From positions 15,719,873-15,783,872 of the forward strand of contig NC_083409.1 in NCBI RefSeq assembly GCF_020745735.1: a DNA stretch of 64,000 bases, given 5' to 3'. The notes below the pieces were generated by a model, which was given only the letters and a program-made list of their open reading frames with translations, made no database searches and was not told the origin of the DNA. A program made the position numbers and the translations under genes. The DNA is from Hemiscyllium ocellatum. Its lineage: Eukaryota. This document shows positions 38,012-48,235 of this stretch, in pieces. Every line of letters begins with the position of its first letter. The stretch's first letter is position 1.

Positions 38012-40039
38012 AATGTTATGCCATTATTTGAGAAAGACTGTAAGGAAAAGCCAGGGAACTATAAACCAGTGAGCCTGATGTCAGTGCTGGGTAAGATGTT
38101 GGAGTGGATTCTGTGGGTTAGGATTTACGTTCTTTGGATAATCAATGTGGTTTTATGCATAGAAAATCATGTCTCCTGAATTTGATTGAGGAAGTGACAA
38201 AGAAGATTGATGAAGACAGAGCAGTAAACATTGTCTATATGGACTTTAGCAAAGTGTTTGACAAAGTTCCACATGATAGACTGGTTCGCAAGGTTAGACC
38301 ACATGGGATCCAGTGGGAGTGAGCCATTGGGGTAAAAAAATTGGATTGAAGATAGGAGACAGAGAGTGTTGGTAAAGGGTTGTTTTTCAGACTGGAAATC
38401 TGTGAATAGCTGTGTGCCACAAGCATTGGTGCTGGGTTCACTGCTTTTGTCTTTTAAAGAAATGATTTGGATGTGAATATAGGAGTTACAGTAAGTTTGT
38501 AGATGACATCAAAATTGGCGTGATAGTGGATAGTGAAGTAATTCATCTCAGGGTACAGCGGGATCTTGATCAGATGGGGCAATGGGCAGAGGTGTAGCAA
38601 ATGGAGTTCTGTTTAGTTAAATGCGAGATGTTACATTTTGGAAAGGCAAACCAAGGCAGGAGTTATACAGTTAATGGGAGGGCCCTGTGGAGTGTTGCTG
38701 AACAAAGAAACCTAGGGGTGAAGATGCAGGTGGATTATTCCTTGAAAGTGGGGTCACAGGTAGACAGGGTGATGAAGAAGGTGTTGGGTACGCTTGCCTT
38801 TATTGGTCACTGCATTGAGTACAGGAGTTGGGACATCATGGTGCAGCTGTACAGGAGATTGGTGAGGCCACTTTGGGAATGATGTGAACAATTCTGATCA
38901 TTCTGCGATAGGAAGGATGTTGTTAAACTTAAAAAGCTGCAGGAAATATTTACAAGGACATGGCCTGGAATTTGAGGGTTTGAGCTACGGGGAAAGGCTG
39001 ATGAAACTGTGGCTATTTTTCCTGCAGCATTCAAGGCTGAGGGATGGCCTTATAGATGTGTATAAAACCATGAGGGGCATGGACAGGTTGCATATCCAAG
39101 GTCTTTTCCTTTGGAAAGGGAGTCCAAAACAAGAGGGCATAGGTTTAAGGCGAGAGGCAAAAGATTCAAAAGGGATCTGAGCGGTAACTTGTCACACAGA
39201 GGGTGGTATGTGTATGGATCGAGTTGCCAGAGAAAGTGTTGGAGGCAGATACAATTACAGCATTTAAAACACATTGGGTTGGGTACACGGATAGGAAGGG
39301 TTTTGAGGGATGTAAGCCGAATGCTGGTTAATAGGATGAGGTCATTTAGGATATCTGGTTACCACGGACAAGTTGGACTGAAAGGTCTGTTTCCACGCTG
39401 TATGACTCCATGACTATAAGACGCTGGAAAAGCTGAGACTTTTTACTCTGATGCGTAAGAGTCTGAGGAGTGACTTATAAACCTTATAGAGGTTTATAAA
39501 ATCATGAGGGTCATAGAAAATGTGAATAAATCAGGAAGGAGGTGACGTTTTGTAGAAATGGCAAAAGAAATTCCCAAAGATCATTTCAGGGATGAGGAAC
39601 ATCAGTTATGAAGAGAGATTGGAGAATTTGGGACTGTCTTCTTTGGAGAAGGCTGAGAGGAGATTTGTTCGAGGAATTAAAACCAGGAGGGGCCTGGACA
39701 CAGTAAATAGGGAGAAAATGTTCCCAACTGAGAAATAATTGAGAGGGAGAGGCCATGGATTGAAAATAATTGGGAAAAGTAACAAAAGTGAGATAGGGAA
39801 CAACATTTTCAGGTAGTGTTTGGTTAAGGTGTGGAATGCACTGCCTGAGAGTGTGGTGGAGGCAGCTTCAATTGAAACATTCCAAAAGGAATGAGACTAT
39901 TATTCAAAAAGGAACAATGTGCAGGTGACAGGGAGAAGGCAGCAGAATGACACTCAGTGAATTGCTCATTCGGAGAGCCAGTACAGACAGGATGGACAGA
40001 ATGGCCTCCTTGTGCACTGTAACAATTCTCTGATTGTGT

Positions 40040-40440
40040 GATTGAGCAGAGTTAAAGCTGGGGGAGGTGGGAGCTCGGTGTCTCACTGTGCTGCTGCTGC
40101 TGCTGTGGTCAGTGAGATCAGAGACTGGGACAGGGAGCCAGAGCTCACATCAAACTCTACCCGTGTCCGTCACACTGAGACTGGCAGGAGGCTACTCACT
40201 GATTTCACTCCATGCTGCAGGAATGGGACCACAGGCTGCAAATGGACAGAGCTCCTCCACACGGTGAGTAAAACTTACTGACTTATATCTTGCTTTTAAA
40301 GGGGGCAATGGAACTAAAGAAATACAGGTGGATACGCTGTTAGACACAGTGCTCTTCAATCAACCATTTCATTCACTGCAGCTCCCTACTAACACCGTCA
40401 ACAATTCAGCATTTGTGTTTTAGAAAGTGTGTTTCAGTAT
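40040..40440. promoter_or_regulatory. Candidate J-C intronic enhancer
   Basis: The main non-repetitive island directly 3' of J. It has RUNX motifs (40104-40109, 40228-40233) and E-boxes (CAAATG at 40239, CAGGTG at 40325). Function is inferred. Confidence 0.35.
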
Positions 40441-40477
40441 TGACAGGGTTACTAACATTGGATTGAGGTTTACTTAC

Positions 40478-40806
40478 TCAGTCTGAGCTTGGTTCCTTTA
40501 CCGAACGTAAAGGCCAGCTGCTATGCTGCATACAGTAATAGTCAGCGACATCCTCATTCTGAACGTTGCTGATTTTCAGGGTAAAACTGGTCCCTGATCC
40601 ACTGCCGGTGAATCGATCGGAGACTCCTGTGAATCGATTTGTTGCATAATAGATCAGGAGAGAGGGCTTCTGACCTTCTCGTTGTTGGTACCAATCAAGG
40701 GAGCTGCTAATGCTTTGACTGGCCGTACAGGTGAGTGTTGCGGTCTGGCCCCGTCCCACTGACAGCACCGGAGGAGACTGGGTCATGGTGATGTCCCCAC
40801 TGATAC
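40478..40806 (-). CDS. IGKV: Fused V-kappa/J-kappa exon (329 nt, one base short of in-frame)
   Basis: ccctcag|[52 protein letters not shown]...[14 protein letters not shown], followed immediately by J ([11 protein letters not shown]|gtaagt) in a shifted frame. There is no RSS between V and J. Confidence 0.96.
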
Positions 40807-40992
40807 CTGAGGGATCAGAGAGAAACACAGTGAAGTCAGAACTGTCACAGAAAGAGCCTGTCAAATGAGAGATTGTTGGAGACACTGAGCATTCCTCTGG
40901 TTTCAGCATTTTCCCTTCAATCACAAGTCAGTGGAATTGGAGTGAAATGGAGAGCAGCTAAAGATTCAAGGTGGAAGGAGAGAGATTTGTAC

Positions 40993-41041
40993 CTGCGACA
41001 CAGAATGCCAGGGGCCAGATCAGCTGGATGTGTGAAATCAT
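40993..41041 (-). CDS. IGKV: Ig light-chain leader exon
   Basis: acaccATG ATT TCA CAC ATC CAG CTG ATC TGG CCC CTG GCA TTC TGT GTC GCA G|gtacaa = MISHIQLIWPLAFCVA. It is 49 nt, phase 1, compatible with the V exon. Confidence 0.95.
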
Positions 41042-41100
41042 GGTGTGTGCTCCTGTCCCTGTGCCTGGTTCCTAATAAACTCTCCCTTCACTGGGCTCTG

Positions 41101-41160
41101 CTTTATAAAGCTGCAGCCTGTGAGAGTCTGACTGGGTGTTCCTCAGTATGTAAATGGCAT
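41101..41160 (-). promoter_or_regulatory. V promoter: TATA box (TTTATAAA, 41102-41109) and variant octamer (ATTTACAT, 41155-41148)
   Basis: The TATA box is about 60 nt upstream of the ATG. The octamer-like 8-mer is about 40 nt further upstream, one mismatch from ATTTGCAT. Confidence 0.75.
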
Positions 41161-42149
41161 CAGGCAGGGAGGGCCATGTCAGTCCCTCACACTTCCTCTT
41201 CTCTCTCTCTCTCTCTCTCTCTCAGAGAATCATTGATGTGAACAGCACTGAATGAGGCCATTTGGCCCATTGTATCTGTGCTGTTAAAGAAAGATCTGAT
41301 GACACTAATCTCATCCTCCAGCTCTTGGTCCATTATCCTGGAGTCTGCAGCAACACAAGGGAATATCTAATCACTGCTCCACTGTCACGAGAGTTTGTGA
41401 CTCAACCAGCCTTTCAGGCAGTGAGTTCCAGACTCCCACCACCCTCTGGTTGAAAACATTTCTCCTCAATTCTCCTCTCTCTCTCGAACTCGACTGGGCT
41501 TGGACTCACTCGAATTCAGATGGATGTATAAAATTCTAACAGGGCTGGGCAGGGACGAGGTTTCCCCTGGTTGGGAAGTCTGGAACCAGGGGACACAGTC
41601 TCAGGGGGATACAGGGTAGTCCATTTTTGGACTGAGATGAGGAAACATTTCTTCACTCAGAGGGTGGTCAACCTGTGGAATTCTCTTCACTGAAGGCTGT
41701 GGAGGATAAGGAACTGAATATATTCAAGAAAAAGAGAGAGATAATTGTTTGCATTTTAACAGCATGAAGGGAATAGGGAGAAAGCACGAATATGGCTTTG
41801 AGATAGAGGATCAGCCATGATCATACTGAATGACAGAACAGGCTCAAAGGGCTGAATGGCCAACTCCTGCAGCAGTTTCTATGTGTCCATGTCTGTGTTA
41901 CCTACAATCTCTGTCCCAGGTTACTGAGTCCTTGTCTCATGCAAAAAGTGTCTTCCTACCCACCCTATCACTGCTCCGAATATTCTTATCCCTCTCTATC
42001 AGGTCCCATCTCAGCCGTCACTGCTCCAAGGAAAACAACCCCAACCTTTCCAATCTTTTCTCAAAGCTCAGATTCAGTCAGCATCCTGGGAAATCTCCCC
42101 TGTACCCTCTCAGGTACAATCACATCCTTCCGAGAATGTGGTGACCAGG

Positions 42150-42485
42150 ACATGTCCCTCTCTCTCTGTCTCACATCTGCCACATCTTTCTCTCCACCAC
42201 TCTCTCCCCCACTGTTAATCGCTCATGTTTTCTCTCTCTCTTTCTCACACTCTTGTCTCATAGTCACTCCCTCCAACTCACTGATGATTGCTCACTCCAT
42301 TTCATAATCTCTGTTTCTCCATCTCTCTGTCTCTGTCACTCGCTCCCTCTCTCACTTCAATTAAAAGCCTCCAACTGTTATCTTTCCCTCTATATTCCTC
42401 CCTCTGTCTCTCTCCCTCCCTCTCTACATCCCAATCTACAGTCGCTCTCCCTCCCTCTCTATCATTCTGTACCTACCCATACTCA

Positions 42486-42521
<36 letters not shown>

Positions 42522-42830
42522 TCCACCCTACCCTCTCTGTCAATTCTCTTCATGCTTAGTCTCACACCCATCCTATCTCTCACTCTCTCTCTCTCTCACC
42601 TTATCTCTTTGTCTCTCTCCATCCCTATCAGTCACACTGTCTCACATCTTGTTTCTCTCTCTTTATCCCTCAACTTCACCATTACGACCTCCCTTTACCT
42701 CTCTTTTGGTTTCATCACATATCTCACACTGTCTCAGATGTTCCTCCCTCCCTCTCTCTCTCTCACTCAAACACAAACCCAGACACTCTCATTCTATCTC
42801 TCTCTCTGTCTCGCTTCTCTCTCTTTCTGA
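42150..42830. repeat. Pyrimidine-rich (CT)n low-complexity tract
   Basis: About 680 bp dominated by ctctct and ctca repeats. Confidence 0.9.
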
Positions 42831-43439
42831 CAGTGTCCTGGGTGGTGACAGTTAAATGCAGGATAAATCTCCCTCTGCTCTGCCCCACAAATGGATGTTA
42901 CCCCTTGACCCCTGTCTTCTCCTGGAATAAAGCCCCATTTCCCACAATGACCAGGGTTTGGTCTGTCTCGGGAAGATGGACGATTCTTGTGAAATGAAGG
43001 GCAGTTCTGTGCTGTTCTGTTCTGTTGGCCTGTTCTCACTGGGGACTGGTTTGGACACAAACCTCATTCCATGAAGGCCCAGCAGAGAGAGGAGATCCTC
43101 AGGCCATCAGTGTGAGCTGGAGGGACAGGACAGACTCTGACCTACTGACCCATCCTGTCCATTCACAACATGTTCCAATCCCTTCCCCTCTCCTTCCCCT
43201 TCCACAGTCAGTCTTTTCTGAAATGGAGTGGTCCCTTCCCTGTCTCACACCAAGGAGGAGATGGACAGATATTTAATGGGTAATGGGTTAAAGGATGATG
43301 GAGAGTGGGCAGGAATGTGGAGTTGAGTCTGAGATGGGATCAGCCATGATTGTATTAAATGGTGGAGTGGGCTCGAGGGGCTGAATTGCCTGCTCCTGCT
43401 CCTAGTTCTTATGTTCCTCACCCCCTCCCCCATTCCTCT

Positions 43440-45320
43440 TACTGCAACTTTGTGAACCATCTCGGACCGTTTTGAACATTGAAGGTGCTATGTGACTTCA
43501 AGATTTGTGTGGATTTAATGTGGGGACAAAATTGTGCAGGGGGCTGTGATAGCTCCTGCAGTTGGATATCCTACTGGCAACCTCCAGCCTTCCACATTAA
43601 CAATGGGGAAGTGGGAGAGGACAGAATGTACTGCAGGGTCCATGGAACTGTACCCCAGCAATGTGGTTGACCCTTAACTGCCCTCTGAAATGGCCGAGCA
43701 AAGCTCTCAGTTGTATCAATTATGACAATATTTCAACAAAGAAATGAGACCGGACGGACCACAGGCATCGATCTAGACACAGAAAAGACAATGACAGAAA
43801 CAGTCCTGTCTACCCTGCTCCATCCTCCTTACTGACATCTGGGAGCTAGGGCCAAATTCAGGAGAGCTGTCTTACAGACTAGTCAAGCAACAGCCTGACA
43901 CAGTCATATTCACAGAATCATACAGACAATGCCCCAGACACTACCATCACTGTCCCTGCATGTGTCCTGTCCCACCAGAAAGGCAGACCCAGTAGAGCTG
44001 ATGACACAGTGGTCTACAGCCAGGAGGGAGTTACCCTGGGAAGTCTCAAAGTTGGCTCTGGACCCCGTGAAGACTCATGAAACTAAGTTAAACATGGGCG
44101 AGGAAACCTCCTGGTGATTACAAGATATCTTGCTCCCTCGGCTGATGAATCAGTCTCTCCTGGATGTTGAACAACATTTGGAGGAAGCACTGAGGGTGAT
44201 GACAGCAGAGAGTGTACTCTGGGTGGGGGGGTTTCAATATCCACCACCGAGAGTGGCTCGGCAGCAGCATTACTGATCGAGCTGGTTGGTTCCTCATGGA
44301 CGTAGCTGAGGACTGGCTCTGCAGCTGGTGGTGAAGGAACCAAAAATTTGGAAAAAGATGCTTGACCCCACCCTCACCAATCTTGTGGCTGTAGGTACAT
44401 CTATCCTTGACAGTATTGGTAAGAGTGACCATCACACAGTCCTTGTAGAAACAAAGTTTGACCTTCACATTGAGAATCCCTCCATTGTGTTGTGTGGTAC
44501 TATCACCGTACTGAATAGGACAGACTTTGGACAGATATTGCAACTAAAGTCAAGCTCATAAATGGGGATGATTGCCAAAGATTTCACAATGTTCAGCACC
44601 ATTCTCAACTCCACAGATACTGAAGCAGTCCATGTTCAAATACAACAATATCTGGACAATATCCAGGTTTCATCTCAGGAGCAGTCTTTCCTATCGGTGT
44701 CATGCAAATGCCAGCCAATGACCATCAGCAATAAGAGACAATCTAACCATCGTCCCTTGACAGTCAATGCTATTACCATCACTGAATCCCCACTATCAAC
44801 ATTCTTGAGATGCCATTGACCAGAAATACAACTGGACTCACCACAGAAGCATAGTGGTTACAAGAGCAGGTTAGAGGCTAGAAATACTGTATCGAGTAAC
44901 TCACCTCCTGATTCCCCCAAAGCCTGTCAACCAAGTCAGGAGTGTGAGCAAATACTCCCCACTTGCCTGGACAGGTGCAGCTCCAACAACATTCATAGAC
45001 TGATAGTGTCACAGAGTCATATGGCAGAGAAACAAACCCTTAAGCCAAACTATTCCATGCTGACCAGGGTTTCTGAAGTGAACGAGTCTCATTTGCCTGC
45101 ATTTGGCCCGTATCCCTCTAATCTATTCCTGTCTATGTCTTTCTCATCCAATCGAAAAGCTTGATACCATCCAGAGCCAAGCAACCTGCTTGATTGGCAT
45201 CATATTCTCAAAGCATCCACTCTCACCATTCCCGATGCTCAGTAGCAGAAGTGTGTATTATCGGTAAAATGCACTGCAGAAACTCACCAAAGGTCCTCAG
45301 ATAGCACCTTCCAAACCCAT
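43440..45320 (+). mobile_element. Degenerate, internally deleted L2/CR1-group LINE
   Basis: Endonuclease-like remnants (LDPTLTNL...SIGKSDHHTVLVETK in ORF 44328..44561). The 3' pieces are similar to 18880-19500. Confidence 0.65.
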
Positions 45321-46080
45321 GGACAAACATAGAAATCGCAGGAAAAGCTCAGTAGGACTGCCAGCATCTGGGGAGAGAAATCAGAGTTAATGTTTCGTGC
45401 TTGACCTGTGCATCTCTCTTCACAGATGATGCCAGACCTGCCGAGCTTTTCCAGCAATTTTGATCTTTATCTCGGATTCACAGCATCCGCATTTCTTTTG
45501 GTTTCCTTCCAAACCCACATCCACTTCTATTTCGGAGACCAGGAGCGGCAGACACATGGGAACACTATGAGCTGCAATTTCCCCTCGGAAAAGCTTAGCA
45601 TCCTGACTTGGAAATATGTTGTTGATCCCTCAGCCTTGCTGGGTTAAAATACTAGCATTCCCTCCTGAAGAGCATTGTGAGTCAACTTACAGCTTGTGGA
45701 CTACAGTGATTCAAGAAGGCAGCTTCCCACTGCCTTCTCCAGGGTAACTAGGGACAGGGTAGAAAATGCTGGGACAGCTGGTGAAGCCCACTTCCCACGA
45801 GTGAATATGCAAAACCGAATGAAGTGTTCCTCAGGAGGGGAGAGGGAATGTTCAGGATCCTGAGCTCCATTTCCCAGCCCAGGCAGTTTGTCTCCCAATG
45901 AATGAATGAGATACCAATTTGGAACCCAGATTAAGGGCAGTCTTGCGCTGTCTACCCAGGTCTACAAGAGACAATTAAGATCGAGCTGAAAAGGAAAGAT
46001 TTGCTAGATTATGGGGAGAGAGAGGAGTAGTAGGACTGCTTGGGTCACTCACAGACACAATGGGCTGAATGGCCTCCTCT

Positions 46081-46376
46081 TGTGCTGTCAGATTCCAGGG
46101 AGTGCAGATGGTTCACAGTTTTCTCCCGTCTCAGTAACAAAGGTCCAGCTGCTCTGAGCTCCTTCTTTCACTTCCTCTCTTGGTGAAGTTTCAACCTTGC
46201 GATCTGACAGTCTTTGCAGTTATTTTTTGCACTGGGGCTTTCTGCTGTGGTCAGAATCTCTAATAATAAGTGTCCAATCAGTGACAATCACAGCAGCTAA
46301 GAGCAGTCAGGACTGAGAAGCCAGGCTCACTGGGAAACACATTGAAAAGATCAAAGCCATCCCCTTCAGCTCCCAG
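46081..46376 (-). promoter_or_regulatory. Conserved block A: candidate light-chain enhancer (EICE, E-box, RUNX, CCAAT)
   Basis: GGAAGTGAAA on the minus strand (46175-46166), CAGCTG at 46146-46151, TGTGGT at 46246-46251 and CCAAT at 46274-46278. About 94% identical by hand alignment to the inverted block at 63618-63914. Confidence 0.55.
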
Positions 46377-46760
46377 ACTCTTTACTACCTTAGATTCATC
46401 TTTGAGGCTGATCTGATCTCCACATCCTCCACATCACAAAGATCAGACACTGCAAATCTCAGCTATGTGATGGGGACTCCAAACATGACCATTCCAATGT
46501 TATCCTGGCCCACATCACAGCCACCACCTTCGGTAAACATCAACTCATCCCAAACTCTGCTGCCAGTATCCGAACTCCCACCAAGTCCCATTCCCCCATT
46601 CCCTCCCCTTGTGCTCACTGACCAACATTGGCTCCTAGTCCAGCAACATCTTGATTTGCAAGTTCTCATCCTTGTTCTCAAACCTCTCGCCTCCTTCCAC
46701 CCTCCCCATCTCACCCTCCAAACCACCTCACTCAGAGTGATCAACAATCTTGGAAATATG
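46377..46760 (+). mobile_element. L2-like LINE fragment (homologous to the reverse complement of 63240-63617)
   Basis: Shared decayed sequence, for example ttctcatccttgttctcaa versus ttgagaacaaggatgagaa, with visibly lower identity than the adjacent block. Confidence 0.6.
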
Positions 46761-47814
46761 GTTCTCTATTTCTTCATCCAAGTCATTGAGAAATATTGTG
46801 TGAAGCTGAGGTCCCAGCACAGATCCCTGGGGACACCACTATTCACATCTTGCTCATTGGAGGACGTGCACATTATCCCTCCTCTCTGTCTCCTAGCTCT
46901 GGACCCAAGATAAATGCATTTCTCAAATTCCATCTGATTCCATGTCTCTTTTTAAATGTCTTGTGGAATTCCCTATGGACAATAGCCATCAACATTCCCT
47001 TCTATCCCACATTAGTGAGCTCCTAACAAAGTGTAATCAGGTTAGTTAAAGATGTTTGAACCTTTGTAAATCCATGCTGACTCTCTCGGAACAGTTCATG
47101 TTAGTTAATCATTTGTTAGTCATCCTGTCTCTAAAAACAGATTCAATCAATTCCTGACAACAGACATTCAATGGAGATGTTCATTGTGAATGAGGTTAAT
47201 ATACAGCCAGCACTGACACGAGGGGCTGAACAGCCTCCTCCTGTGCTGGAGCCTTCTCTGTCTCCTTGACAGAAATATTTTACAGATTAAAAAATAAAGA
47301 CCAACAGGAAATTTAAAAATACAAATTAAAACCGCCTCAAACAATTTCTATATACAGGGCCAGGTGACGTGTAATTGCGATGGGGAAGCTGGTGGAGCCC
47401 ATTGTAGCTCAGAGTGACCACATCTACAGCAAGTGTTGGTTGCTCAAGGCACTCCAGCTCAGAGTTGATGAGCTGGAATCTGAGCTTCAAACACTGTGAC
47501 ACATCAGGGAGGGGGAGAGTTACCTGGACACTGTGTTTGGGGAGACAGTTACATCTTGTAGGTTAAATACTTCAAATTATGGCCAGTGGTCAGGGACAGG
47601 AGGGTGTGACCAAAAGTGAACAGGTCGATGCAGCCTGGATTTAGCCTTTCAGGTGCCTCAGCTCCTTGTCCAACAGGAATGAGGTACTTGCTCCCTGTGT
47701 CAATGAGGAAAAGGATTGCTTTTGGAAACTAATGTGGATACACTGCAGAATGGTCAAGCGTGGTTTGGAGCATTTTGGCGATAGTGACCATAACTCTATC
47801 AGGTTCAAAGTCAT

Positions 47815-48131
47815 TAAGATTAGATTAGATTAGATTCCCTACAGTGTGGAAACAGGCCCTTCAGCCCAACAAGTCCACACCAACCCTCCAAAGAGTAACC
47901 CACCCTCGTCTGACTAATGCACCTAACAACCATGGACAATTTAACACGGGCTATTCACCTGACCTGCACATCTTTGGAATGTGGGAGGAGACCGGAGTAC
48001 CCAGAGAAAACCTATGCAGACACGGGGAGAACATGCAAACTCCACACAGACAGTTGGCCAAGGCCAGAATAAAACCTGGGACCCTGGCGCTGTGAAGCAG
48101 CAGTGCTAACCACTGAGCCACTGTGTCACCC
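47815..48131 (-). mobile_element. tRNA-derived shark SINE (HE1-like), full length
   Basis: (TTAGA)n tail; the head is the reverse complement of gtggctcagtggttagcactgctgcttcacag. Confidence 0.88.
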
Positions 48132-48235
48132 TTTACTTATGTTAAGTAAAGAGATAATGATAGAGCAGAAATTAAGTGTCAAAACAGGGGGAAGGCCAAT
48201 TTTGACACCATTAGCTAGGCTAACACAGGGGGAGA

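Larger units (their letters stand above)
32700..40030 (+). mobile_element. Stack of degenerate CR1 fragments filling the J-C intron
   Basis: Multiple frameshifted EN, RT and 3' pieces (for example ORFs 32726..32980, 34835..35284, 35955..36191, 38134..38322, 38601..38882, 38884..39180) with different microsatellite tails. Confidence 0.9.
31281..41160 (-). other. IGK: Immunoglobulin kappa-type (shark type III/NS4-like) light-chain cluster, L-VJ-C, germline-joined
   Basis: Promoter, leader, fused VJ, C exon and poly(A) signal occur in order on one strand with canonical GT-AG splice sites. Confidence 0.95.

Noticed and set aside
40085-40091. CACTGTG heptamer in the J-C intron island
   Set aside because: No nonamer at either spacing.
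40067-40267. Plus-strand ORF with a signal-peptide-like stretch (GARCLTVLLLLLWSVRS) and a gtgagt donor
   Set aside because: It starts at GTG with no ATG, the Leu run is just a (CTG)n repeat, and no downstream plus-strand exons were recognised.
40345-40385. CACAGTG heptamer 3' of J as a possible RSS
   Set aside because: No ACAAAAACC-like nonamer at 12- or 23-nt spacing.
25102-40478. Ig VJ spliced onto CEP350-like exons as a fusion protein
   Set aside because: As assembled, the V frame stops at the J donor. The nearest CEP350-like acceptor is phase 2 versus J phase 1, and an assembly gap intervenes.
40826-40870. CACAGTG in the leader-V intron
   Set aside because: No nonamer, and wrong position for a V RSS.
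42253-42855. Long Ser/Leu-rich ORFs
   Set aside because: Translation of the (CT)n low-complexity tract.
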